DNA from: Squalus acanthias
Taxonomy: Eukaryota
Assembly: GCA_030390025.1 (NCBI GenBank)
Contig: CM059432.1
Coordinates: 138,882,001 to 138,946,000 of the forward strand
Direction: 5' to 3'
Length of the DNA: 64,000 nucleotides
The stretch's first letter is position 1. Each line of letters opens with the position of its first letter. Under the pieces are notes generated by a model, which was not told the origin of the DNA, did not search any database, and saw only the letters and a program-made list of their open reading frames with translations. Positions 51,219 through 63,290 of this stretch are shown in pieces. Both the position numbers and the translations under genes were made by a program.

Positions 51219-51834
51219 AATAGGTAAATGCAAGTATTTATAGCTGCTTATAGACTGCTGACATCATTCAGAGGGCAGTTGTAACTCCTAAAATTTCAGG
51301 CACCAGGCCAATGAATGATTTTGTGTTTTTTGTGAAAGATTGTTTTGTATCTGTAAGAAAGCATGATGTCTAGTGTGTGACATTATTGTTAAATACATAG
51401 CATTGATTGATCATATTAATGAAGAATTGAATGTGTTTCTGGATCATCTATACGATGAAAAGTCTTGCATTTAGCAGGCATCTGAAGCATCACATTTCGA
51501 AGGATTCACATGTTGCAGGGGAAAAAAAGGTGTTTGCTCCGATAACCAATATCTGCTGAGTTAACAGTGTTGCTTGGCTTAAATATTAGACTGCCGCCAT
51601 AACAACACTGGACAAGGAATTCTGTTGTGCCCCGGAATAAGGTACTTGACACCGACAAATTTGAGAGAGTCAAGCCAATTTTACTTATTATTGGTAGGTG
51701 CCCGGACCAGTATCGGCACAGCTGGGACTCCCTGTAGACGGAGAAGCAGATGAGGAAAGCGTGTTTCTGTCCAGCGTGTTCTGAAGGAGGTATAGCTGAA
51801 GATTAAAAATACGCAGAAGAAATTGGCCACTCTT

Positions 51835-52220
51835 TTCTCTCGAAAAGAGAAGTCTGAGGTGTGACCTGATAGAGGTCTTTAAGATTATGAAAGGGTTTGA
51901 TTGGGTAGCTGTGGAGAAGATGTTTCTGCTTGTGGGGGAGACCAAAACTAGGAGCCATAAATATAAGATAGTCACTAATAAATCCAATAGGGAATTCAGA
52001 AGAAATTTCTTTACCCAGAGAGTGGTGAGAATGTGCAACTCGCTACCACAGGGAGTAGTTGAGGTGAATAGAATAGATACATTTAAGGGGAAGCTAGATA
52101 AATACATGAGGGAGAAAGGAATAGAAGGATATGTTGATGGGATGAGACTCGAGTGGAGCATAAACACCGGCATGGACCAGTTGGGCCGAATGGCCTGTTT
52201 CTGTGCTGTAATTCTATGTA
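51835..52220 (+). mobile_element. CR1 3' fragment
   Basis: ORF 51887 (KMFLLVGETKTRSH...FFTQRVVR) and TAATTCTATGT tail. Confidence 0.9.
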
Positions 52221-52313
52221 CCTGGTGCACAAACTCTTTTCCCCCGAGCGTTTCAGACCACGACACCATTCTCAAACATTCTTGTGGTCCCCAATTCCAC
52301 CAATGGAGGCACT

Positions 52314-53147
52314 GGGCTGGATTTTGTGAATGGAGGCGAGGGAGGCGGGGCAGCTGCTTGGCATTTCAATGTCCCGCCTCCATCCTCGCCTGACCATTCA
52401 GAGGGATTTCCCCCTGATTGAGCTTGTTAAGCCCGCCCTGCGGGCTCAGCAGGCCAATTAGGGAGGAAGTCACTGACAGATCACGTCAACGTCAAACGTG
52501 CTATCTGTCAAGACTTCTTGAAAGAAGAAATGACAGCGTTTGACAGCTCTGTGAAGCTGTCAAACACTGACATTCTCTTTAGTTTGATAAGTCTTTGTGG
52601 TGAGGACTCAACAAACATTGAAAATAAGTAAATTTCAGATGTCTGATGGATCGGAAGGTCCATCAGCCATTACCTGAAATTGACAAGGTGGATGTCCGCT
52701 CTCCTGATCCAGCGCGGCTAAAGGCTATAGAAGGAAAAAAAAGGTAAGTGAACACTTTTTTAAACTAATCACTCACCTTGCATACTTACCACTCCACACT
52801 TGCACCCATCACTCACCTCTACACCTTACTTCCAGGTGCCTCCGACCGCCTCCGACCTCCTCCACGTCTCCTCCAACCCAGCGGGGTTCTCAGAGGTCGG
52901 GAAGCCTTCACCTGTGAAGGTAAAATGGCACTAATCCTTTTTTGTGCCTGTTAACTACCTGTTAACAGGCAGTTAAAAGGATTAAAAGCCTTTCCCGCCT
53001 CCAGGAGCCAGGGCCCGAAGCTGCACATCTTCCCGCCTCCTGGCAAGTGGGCACGGAGGCGGGATTGCCATCCGCCCCCACTTTCTCCGATTTTACGGGC
53101 TGTCCCGCCTCCATGCCCGCCTCCTTGGGGCTTGGAAAATCCAGCCC
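52314..53147. mobile_element. Harbinger/PIF-type MITE
   Basis: Perfect 12-bp TIR GGGCTGGATTTT / AAAATCCAGCCC; 3-bp duplication ACT on both sides. Confidence 0.88.
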
Positions 53148-54682
53148 ACTGTGTATGCCGGTCTCTTGCAGCAGGGGGGGGGGGGGGGGGTACGGTGCAC
53201 TGAGGGCACGAGGCAAGACTAGTGGGCTTCCAGCAGTTATGCCATCCTGCCTGCATTTCTGATGTCAGACTACAAGGGGGCACACACTGCAACTGCTCAC
53301 CCCCACCTGGCAGCAAACCCCGACGCACATTCCGACGGGGCAGAGACCTGGTACAAACTGACCCAAATTTCCGCTGCATTCAGTTCTATCCGTCCTTGCA
53401 TTTCTCACCAGCTGTTTTACCCTATTTCAATTTCATGGACCATGGGGCTTGCTAGGGGCTTTTCTTCGTGCCATTGCCTCATCACCACCCAATATCCACA
53501 GGTCATGGAGTTTCAGGGCCAGAAAACTTATTTCTGAAATCTCCACTGCAGAAGGAAAGAAATAAAGCCAAGGGAGTGTTATCAAGCAGACAGCGCTTAG
53601 CCAACTAAAATGGGTCTTGCTTAGCGTACGGAGTGTTTTGGGACATTCTGGATAGTAATGCAGATTGTCTGGAAGTGGTTTGTGAAGTGATTTGTGACTG
53701 CACTGAATAAAGAACATTTTTTTGTATTATGGTGAGTTACTGAAGTTTTTTTTTTAAATTAACACGAACTTCTCTTTATTTCACCAACAATCATGCTCTC
53801 TCTGGCCAAAGCCCCAACCTCACTGCCCCCCAAAAGCCAATGTACTCCTTCTGGCTTCCTAGTCTCTAGACCTTCACGAACCTGCTACAGGTCCTGGATT
53901 TTGCTCCTCCTGGACAGCAATAATAATAATTAATACAATTATAATATAGGCAGTGCATAGCAATAATAAGTAAAACACTATTGTACCAATAATATGAATA
54001 TACATTCTATAATTATAAAACTAAGCACAGCGACAATAAGAATGTATAATGCAGTCAACAGACAACACGCACACACACACATTATTAATAAATAATACAG
54101 ACAAGAGTTGCAGATCCCAGCACTCTATTATTTCTTATCCTAGCTACAGGCTTCAGTCTCTTGCTCCCTCCCTCTCAGCGCAGGTTCCCGGTTCTCAGCT
54201 ATCGCGAGCAAATCCCATCAGAAGCTCGAGCTCCCACTCCCACAGCCAAAGAGAGCCAAATTATTTCTGCAGGTCATCGGAATTTTGGAGCCCCCTGAGG
54301 CAATGGCAGCGGAGAGGGATAAGGAGAGGGTACAAAAACACACACAGTTCACAAATAGAGAATGACATACGGAAAGGGAGAACAGTGTGTGACTGGCATA
54401 CAGAAGGGGAGCAAAGAGACTTACACAAAGGAAAAGAGAGGGAGTGAGAAAGAGTCGGGGACAGAAAGAACCTCAGAGACACACAGATAATGAAAAAAAT
54501 ATCTGTGAGAGAGAGAGAGAGAGAGGGATTAAGAAAGAAGATCGAGACAGAATGAGTGGAAGGCAGAGGGGGAAACAGAAAGATTTAGCCAATGGCAGAC
54601 AAGTACAGAGATAGTTGCAGGAAAAGATGGGGGAAACAATTTGTTTTCTAATTTTTGTCTGCTACAGGAGATAAACAATATT

Positions 54683-54900
54683 GGCCCAGATTTTGCGGTC
54701 AGCAGCATAATTAAGGATTACGCTGCCGGCATCTGAGCAGAGTGCGCACTTACCTGATGGGGACCCTCCTTCGAGAACTTGCTGTCAGACGCTGCGTAGT
54801 AGAGGGCAGCGTAGTGGCCCACGGATCCCGAGGCGCACCGTGTGCGGAAGCGTACCTGGGATCACGCGGCCCGGTGCTCCAATCAGGAAACAGAAGGTCT
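54683..54900 (+). mobile_element. One end of a Harbinger-like MITE
   Basis: TIR GGCCCAGATTTTGCGG; 54749-54886 is an inverted homolog of 63153-63292. Confidence 0.7.
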
Positions 54901-55078
54901 CTCATTCACCCCCAGTCTCTCACTCACAACCCAACCAAATTTTTAGCGTTGCAAATTACTTGTATGTAAATGCTTGCAACATTCAAGTAAAATGCAGGAA
55001 CTTTCTATTTGGATCCAAAAATAAAAATAGAGGATTGTTGTCTTAAAACAGTGTTCTGTTTGTTCACTTGAGTAGTAA

Positions 55079-55260
55079 CTGATTCTGCTCCTATTTCGTG
55101 TGTGCAATTCTGTTAGATGCAGGAGATGGTTCTGTGATAGATAGTAGATTGGCGGTTAGGATCAGATCAGCCATGATCTTATTGAATGGCGGAGCAGGCT
55201 CGAGGGGCCGATTGGCCTACTCCTGCTCCTATTTCTTATGTTCTTATGTTCTTATGTTCT
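55079..55260 (+). mobile_element. Short CR1 insertion (3' UTR and (TTCTTATG)n tail only)
   Basis: 55079-55257 is the exact reverse complement of 55481-55659. Confidence 0.92.
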
Positions 55261-55480
55261 GGTTATAATCATTTTATTCTTTAGCTTCAGCATAAAAAGC
55301 AATTTACAAGCAGAGTATAGTCACAGATAGAGTACGGAAACCTAGGCATGGGTCCCCTCTCGTGCTGCTTGAACAAAGGAAAAAGCTTATATTTATGCAC
55401 TATTCTCTTTATCAAACTGGAAGTTGCCTTGTCTTATTTGGTAGTATCTGGTCAAAAGCACCGTCCTTCGGCCAATGCAC

Positions 55481-56400
55481 ACATAAGAACATAAGAACAT
55501 AAGAAATAGGAGCAGGAGTAGGCCAATCGGCCCCTCGAGCCTGCTCCGCCATTCAATAAGATCATGGCTGATCTGATCCTAACCGCCAATCTACTATCTA
55601 TCACAGAACCATCTCCTGCATCTAACAGAATTGCACACACGAAATAGGAGCAGAATCAGGCTACACAGTCCCTGGGCCCGCTCCACTACCCACAGGGCCA
55701 TGACCGATCCGAACCTAGACTCATGTCCAAATTCCTGCCCGCTCCCCGTAACCCTTAATGCCCTTTACTTCTAGGAAACTGTCTATTTCTGTTTTAAATT
55801 TAATTAATGTTGTAGCTTCTACAGCTTTTTGTGGCAGCATATTCCATGGACCTACCACCCTCTGAGTGAAGTAGTTCCTCCTCATCTCAGTTTTGAAAGA
55901 GCAGCCCCTTATTCTAAGACTATGTCCCCTAGTTCTCGTCTCACCCGTCATCGGGAACATCCTCCCCGCATCCACCCGATCCAACCCCTTCACAATCTTA
56001 TATGTTTCAATAAGATCGCCTCTCATTCTTCTGAACTCCAATGAGTAGAGTCCCAATCTACCCAACCTCTCCTCATATGACCACCCCCTCATCCCCGGGA
56101 TTAACCGAGTGAACCTTTTTTGCACTGCCTCGAGAGCAAGGATGTCTTTCCTTAAGTAAGGACACCAAAACTGTATGCAGTATTCCAGGTGCGGTCTCAC
56201 CAATACCTTGTACAACTGAAGCAATACCTCCCTATTTTTATATTCTATCCCCCTAGCAATGAAAGCCAACATTCCATTTGCCTTCTTAATCACTTGCTGC
56301 ACCTGCATACTAACCTTTTGAGTTTCGTGCACCAGGACCCCCAGATCCCTTTGCACTTCAGTACTCTCCAGTTTCTTGCCATTAAGATAATAAATTGCTC
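55481..56400 (-). mobile_element. Young 5'-truncated CR1 with an extended 3' UTR
   Basis: Uninterrupted ORF2 C-terminus (YYLNGKKLES...YGERAGIWT*, stop at 55721), ~240-nt UTR and octamer tail. Confidence 0.95.
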
Positions 56401-57177
56401 TAGGATCTAGTTTACATTTCTCGTACATCAACATTCGGTAGTTTACATTCAATGTACCGTCCTTCAACCGGCTTGTACTTCAACATCCTCTTGCAAAGAT
56501 TATAATGATAAGTGATGGGATGTTTACAGTAAGGCCCTACTTCAATCTTGAACACTGGCTGTTGCTAAGTGAAATCTGTATCTCACTCTTCCTCTAATGA
56601 TGCCAACTACTTTTTTTTCCCATATTGAATGAACTCTATCAAAACCCTTCATGATTTTGCACACCTCTATTAAGCCCCTTCTCTGTTCAAAGGAGAACAA
56701 TCCCAGCTTCTCTAGTCAACTTATCCAAATTGGGATCCAGTTTCACTCAGATCATCTTGGATTTCTGACCTGAAACAATATTGACATCCTGAAAAGGACT
56801 AATCACATTTTTAAAAGCAGAGTGTATTTCTACATCAAGGCTCTTGCGCTATTTTTAAATTCAGCTTTAAGTGAAGCATGTTTATTAAATAGTGATGACT
56901 AACCCTATTAGAAATGGAAGGTCACTGGAAAACAAGAAATGTGTCAGATATATAAAAAAGCATAAAGAAAAACAGTGAATGTTTGAAATCTGAAATAAAA
57001 GCAGAGAATTTTTGAAATATATAGATCAGGCAGCGTCTGAAAGAGAATGATAGATTAACAAAATGTTAACCTGTTTCTCTCTTTCAGATGCTGACAGAAT
57101 TGAGTAAAACCTGCCTGAGTAGTTGTTTGTTTATTAAAACTATCCATTTGATCAGCTTGGATTGAACATACCAAATA

Positions 57178-57372
57178 CCCATCGTGCCTGTGCCAGATCT
57201 TTGAAACAGCTATCCCATTAGTCCCACTCCACTCAAAGTTTTCCTTTCCAAGTATTTATCCAATTCTCTTTTGAAAGTCACTCTTGAATCTGCTTCCACC
57301 ACCCTTTCAGGCAGTGAATTCCAGATCAGAACAACTCACTGCGTAAAAATAAATTCTCCTCATCTCCCCTCT
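57178..57372 (-). mobile_element. CR1 3' fragment
   Basis: Matches 40820-41000. Confidence 0.75.
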
Positions 57373-57989
57373 ACGGGTAATATTAAATTCTTACAACCAA
57401 AGCAACCCATTTAACTCATAATTATATTTAATTTAAAATAGAAAAATCTACGGCAAGTGCTTTCTGTATAATGTACTTATCCATCTCTCTCATTAAAACA
57501 TATTTTAGGCTGCTGTTATATATTAAACTGCCAATCTGAGGCTGGTAGCTGCAGAGCATGAAACATCACCGGCAAGACCCGCCTTATGCTGTGGGTGTCA
57601 AACCAGAGCAGTGTGTGATTGCCTACTTGCCTGGCTTTAGAGCTTTCCAGAGTCTAATCAAGACTTGAAAGTTATGCTTCCATTTTTTGCGCTGATACGT
57701 AGCTGAAACCCGTTTGAATCAATAATCACATACGCGCGCTCTCACAGTAACTCATCATTTCAGGTATTAGATTTCAAAGCATAAAGGCAACAGTTGCTTC
57801 AAACCAGTCTACTGGTCAATTTGAAGTACCCAATTTAACACACCAGCACAACACCATGGCCTAAAATATGATTGCATGTATTTTCACCACAGAAATAAGA
57901 CCGCGTAAAGTGGTTTCATTAGCTGGGGCTGCATAGTAGTCTTGGTCTCCAGTTTGGCTTCTCCTTCAATTAAGTCAGATGGGCATTAA

Positions 57990-58250
57990 TGATCCAATGG
58001 CACGGTTTGCAGAGGAGTAGGAGCATTCTCTCGGTCTCCTGACCAACGTTCATCTATCAACCAGCAACACCACACCAAAACAGATTAATGGCCATTTATC
58101 TCATTTGTTACTTCTGGAACCTTGCTGTGTGCAATTTGGCTGCCGTATTTAAAAACAGTTAGTAAACTTCAAAAGTCATTCATGGATTAAGGGCTTTGGA
58201 ATATACTGAGGACATGAAAGTTGCTATATAATTGCAAGATCTTTCTTTCT
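57990..58250 (+). mobile_element. Diverged DeuSINE 3' half
   Basis: Degenerate Deu core and tail. Confidence 0.65.
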
Positions 58251-58814
58251 ATACACCCATGGTCACAATTTTGGGTGTAGCAAGCAAAATATACCATGTA
58301 GAAAATTGGCACAATTAGTACATAGGGAAAACTCAGGAATCTTAACACTCAAGTTGATGGAAGATGCCAAGTCCACTGGTGAATCTTTAATGAAAATATC
58401 CAAAAAGGTAAAAATCCATATATAGTTAGAAAAATTAAACAATATTTAGGAACACGCTCATGGCTAATGTAGATTCTTGGGGTTCCGATGAGAGTATAAA
58501 CTACTTTAGCCTCTTTTTGTAGTTTGAGATATAATTCATAACCTTCTGTGTCACTAGCTTGCAACATACACTCATTATATATGTATATATGTAAATAGGC
58601 TGATAATTACCAACATTTTTCAGATTTCTTTCCTCAAGAATTCATTGACTTTAATAAAGATTCAGTAAGGATAACTCCCCCAAGCTGTACACTGGATAAG
58701 ACTTAGTAATGTGGTTTATTCACAGCAACTGAGATAAATCTTTTCTACCTGGATGTTTACAAGTGATATCATCATGATATAACTTGAACCATAGCAGTAA
58801 CACACATACACCTC

Positions 58815-59198
58815 TCAGGAAAGACTGAACAGGCTAGGGCTCTTTTCTCTAGGGTGACCTGATAGGGCTTTGATAGAGTAGACATTAGAGAAGATGTTTT
58901 CACTTGTGGGGGAGTCCAAAACTAGGGACCATAAATACAAGATAATCACTAATAAATCCAAAAAGGAATTCCGGAGAAACTTCTTTTCCCAGAGAGTGGT
59001 GACCACGTGGAGTGGTAGAGGCGAATATAGCATGGATGCATTTAAGGGGAATTCAGATAAGTACACAAGGGAGAAAGTAATAGAAAGATATGCTGATAGG
59101 GTGAGATGAAGTAGGGTGCGAGGAGGCGCGTGTCGAGCATAAACACTGGCATGGACCCATTGGGCCGAATGGCCTGTTTCTGTGCTGTAAATTCTATG
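58815..59198 (+). mobile_element. CR1 3' fragment
   Basis: FSLVGESKTRDHKYKI peptide and tail. Confidence 0.85.
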
Positions 59199-60164
59199 TG
59201 CCAACATACAAGCGCGCATACACAAAAATGTGACTTCTTTGGCACATAGAACTCCCAAAGGTTTTAGCCATTTGCAACATTTGGCATTGCGCACATGTGA
59301 TGTGACGTTCTAAACCCAAAGCTACTTCTGTGCTTCACAGACGATATACTTTTGACCTTTCCTCCAATGATGAGAGTTTAGTAAAAGTGCAACAAAAGCT
59401 CTAGTTGAAAACCACTTGGGTCTGACGACGCAGGTACTGCATTGATGTGTTCCCATTACCATCTTTACGCTTTTAATAAGAGCAACAGGATTTCAACTGT
59501 GTGAGCCGTTGTTTTTCAGGCTATGCAAAGAAAGTGGAAACTTTGTTTGGTTAATTTAAATCTTTTGGTACCAAAAGTAACACGACTGTAGGAAAGTGGC
59601 ATCTTTAAATAAACATCTGAGACACAACTAAAAAAAAAACATTTAGGTCTGACTTCAGGTGGTCTTTATGGAGAGGCGGATCTTAACATGCTCAACCCTC
59701 AGCTATTGTTCTTTTGGGACAATGTAGATAGGTGGTCTTTTAAGAATAGTATCACTGTACCTACAATAGGACAGTGAACCTATAATTGGTATATTCTTTG
59801 ACTAAGAACGTCATCAACTTGATGTACTACTCAGAACTGATGGTACAAATTATAGCCCAGTATGATTTATAGATTTCACCACATCAAGCCTTTATTTAGG
59901 CTGCACGTAACAATTATGAACAGCATGTCCCTTATACAAAGATGTGACTTTTCTTTTGTCATATACTGTAACTGTTCACTTTGGAATCTGCTGTGAATGT
60001 CTGATAAATTTCAGGGTTCTTGGCAGTTCAGAGAATTTACCTCATGTAACAGCCATTGCAAACATCCTGTCAAATGGCTAACCTCCATATTTAACCGTGC
60101 TCTAAGTTAACAAGACACAGGTGCACCCGCTTGCTTAGAAGTGGACTAAAATCTTAAACAGAAG

Positions 60165-60345
60165 AAGAACAACTTGAATTTATATCGTGCCTTTAACAGA
60201 GTAAAACGTCCCAAGGCGCTTCAGAGGAATGTTATCGAACAAAATTTGGCACCACGCCACACAAGGACAGCTTGGTCAAAGAGGTAGGTTTTAAGGAGCG
60301 TCTTAAAGGAGGAGAGAGGTGTAGAGGGGCGGTGAGGTTTAGAGA
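60165..60345 (-). mobile_element. L2 tail fragment
   Basis: Matches the other L2 3' ends. Confidence 0.8.
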
Positions 60346-60477
60346 ATAAATGCAGCTTTAATAAGTTTAAGATGACCATAAAGAACGCATTCTTGTACAG
60401 AGATCTTTCTTTCTGATTTCAATGAGGCACCGACATCCGATATATTCCGATGTCTTATCAGTAAAAAAAAGTGACCA

Positions 60478-60770
60478 TAGAGCTGTCAGATTGTCGTAAA
60501 AACCTAACTGGTTCACGAATGTCCATTAAGGAAGGAAACCTGCTGTGCTTACCCGGTCTGGCCTACATGGAATTCCAGTCCCACACCAACGTGGTTGACT
60601 TAACTGCCTTCTAAAGTGGCCTAACCGCTAAACAGCATTGAGGGAACACGTTCACCCACACGGACTGCAGCGGTTCAAGAAGGCGGCCCCACCACCAGCA
60701 CTTTCCAGGGCAACTAGGGATGGGCAAAGAATGCTGGTCTTGCCCACATCCCGAGAATGAATTAAAAATA
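60478..60770 (+). mobile_element. SINE with MetaSINE-like core; tail shared with the LINE at 38752-39066
   Basis: CTGGTTCACGAATGTCCATTAAGGAAGGAAACCTGC...TACCCGGTCTGGCCTA core (family from recall). The 3' part CACGGACTGCAGCGGTTCAAG...GGGATGGGCA matches 38940-39050. Confidence 0.55.
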
Positions 60771-61147
60771 GCAGCTATGGAGATGACATTTGGTAGAGTG
60801 TTGGTAATGACCCACAAAATGATTTGCCATTATGTTTGATGCTTCTTGGATGTAGGAAACTAGCAAAAAAAGTACAAAAACATTCAACTACTGTAAAACA
60901 ATACCTATCACACCAGTAACTTAGTTAAAGCATATAAGCTCAGAAATTACTGCTTATAATGTTGATGGACGGACACACAACATATTTGTCTGACAGTCTG
61001 TTGTCAGTTATTGTAATGGAGGTGTTGACCCAGTAACATCTCCACTAAAATAGCTAACAGCATAATATGTTCAACCTTCATATACCAGTATCACCATCTG
61101 TGATTTCTGAGCTCACATGCTTCTGTTAAAATAGCATTCAAAGCAAT

Positions 61148-61413
61148 GTACAACAACAACTTGTATTTATATAGTGCCTTTAAGGTAGTAAAACGTCCCA
61201 AAGGCACTTCACAGGAGCGTTATCAAACAAAATTTGACACCGAGCCACAAAAAGAGATATTAGGACAGGTGACTAAAAGCTTGGTCAAAGAGGTAGGTTT
61301 TAAGGAGCATCTTAAAGGAGAGAGAAGTAGGTAGGTGGAGCGGTTTAGGGAGGGAATTCCAGAGCTTAGGGCCTAGGCAGCTGAAGGCACGGCTGCCAAT
61401 GGTGGAGCGATTC
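61148..61413 (-). mobile_element. L2 3' end
   Basis: Matches 29750-30020. Confidence 0.87.
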
Positions 61414-61489
61414 AAATGGTTAACATGTAATATGAATGCGTTAAGTGTTTATACATTAATACAGCAGACAGAAATTTCCAGGATACAGA

Positions 61490-61660
61490 GTACACAGGAT
61501 ATACGGCACAGAAACAGGCCATTTGGCCCAACCAGTCCATGCCGGCGTTTATGCTCCACTCGAGCCTCCTCCCGTCTTTCCTCATCTAAATCTATCTGCA
61601 TAACCCTCTAGTCCCTTCTCTCTCATATGCTTGTCTAGCTTCCCCTTAAATGCATCTATA
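61490..61660 (-). mobile_element. CR1 tail fragment
   Basis: Matches 38542-38710. Confidence 0.75.
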
Positions 61661-61924
61661 CATGTAGCTAATGTACCTACAATCTGCAAGATCAAGTCAT
61701 AACCTTCGAGGCCACAGCGGCTTTATAGAAGTCTATGGTGTACCACAACTAAAACCATAGGGGGGGCAGATTTTGCGGTGGATATGATGGTGTACTCGAG
61801 AGTACGCCACCATGCCGCCTTTGAAATTGACTGCAAGTTCGGGATTTCTGCATGTGCTTGTGCATGCGCTAAATCCCGAACTTGACAGATAATCCACACC
61901 GACAGGGAAATACTCATAAAATAA

Positions 61925-62432
61925 CAAAAAAAAAAGAAAACGCTGGAAACACTCAGCAGGCCAGGCAGCATCCGTGGAGAGAGAAAGAGAGTTAACGTTT
62001 CAGGTCTGGGACCGTTCATCAGAACTGGAAAAAGCTGGAGATGTAACAGATATTAAGCAGGTGCAGAGACAGAGGGGGCGGGGGGGGGGGGGCGGAAGTG
62101 GAGGAAGGAATTGAAGGAATATACTGTGCTTTTGTAAGAGGCAGGAAAGATAAAATGTTGCAAATGGGGATGGCAAAATCATACAGCATGAAAAATGGGG
62201 GCAGGGGTTATAGTCTGAAATTGTTGAACTCTATGTTGAGTCCAGAAGGCTGTAACATGCCTAATCGAAAGATGAGGTGCTGTTCCTCGAGCTTACGTCG
62301 TGCTACATTGGAACAGTGTAAGAGGCCGAGGACAGAGAGATCAGAGTGGGAGTGAAGCGGAGAATTAAAGTGACAGGTGACCGGAAGCTGAGGGTCACCC
62401 TTACGGACTGAACGGAGGTGTTCCGCAAAGCG
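61925..62432 (-). mobile_element. Penelope-like element 3' end (GIY-YIG C-terminus)
   Basis: RFAEHLRSVRKGDPQLPVTCHFNSPLHSHSDLSVLGLLHCSNVARRKLEEQHLIFRLGMLQPSGLNIEFNNFRL*; the downstream region is homologous to 4070-4230. Confidence 0.92.
61990..62026 (-). ncRNA. Minimal type I hammerhead ribozyme motif (Penelope-associated)
   Basis: Minus strand: AGUU-CUGAUGA-AC-GGUC(CCA)GACC-U-GAAA-CGUU-AACU. Confidence 0.7.
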
Positions 62433-63290
62433 GACGAAAACGTTATGGTTAGTGAAAGCCGGCACAGGAGCCTGTTTCACTGCGAAAGGAACCACCTTTC
62501 CGTTCTTTTGCAGGTTAAGCCGCGTTAATGGTGAAAATAAGTAAGAGTTTACATCCAGCCAGGGTGGTTCAGCCTTAGATAAAATGCCTTAAGGAGTGTA
62601 TTTTTTTAATTTATCAAAGTTGATAACTTGAATAAATCCGGTACAATTTACTGTAATACAGTTTAAGTAATGAAAAGAAAAAATCTAATATCAATTTGCA
62701 CCCCCCCCCCCCATTATATGTAAATGCACCCTCCTTTCTCCTCGGTCGCCTTAGCACAAAAAATGGCAGCCTGACGCCTGGCAGAGGCAGGGGCTTCGGC
62801 TCCCTTGCGTAAGGGACCATGTTCGACCAGTTTAAGCCCCGAAAGGAGTTCCAAAGTCGGCCGGTAGACCCGAGTTCAGGCCGGGGGCGTCCCAATTCGG
62901 CAGGAGAGACTAAGTCCCAGCCTGGGTAAATCATGATTTATGACAAGAGAATCAAGACTAGCATCAACCTGAGCAAACACACTTGTCTCTGAATGTAACC
63001 GCAGCGAATGAAGTGACCGACATTTATCAACAGGATTTTACCTCTAAACTGTAACTTTATTCCCCGAGGTACCAGTACCCCATTGAACAATTAACTGTAA
63101 AAGCCTGATGCTGGTTCCCACATGGCTGTCAAGAGGAAACTCGGCGCTTCCACTGATTGGAGCACCAGGCCCACGTGATCCCGGGTACGCTTCCACACAC
63201 GCTGCGCCCCTGGGATCCGTGGGCCATTACGCTGCCCTCCAGTACACAGCGTCAGAGAGCAAGTTCACAAAGGAGGGTCCCCATCAGGTA

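Noticed and set aside
51690..51830. Plus-strand exon after ttattggtAG
   Set aside because: All three frames hit a stop within about 30 codons and the peptides are not recognisable.
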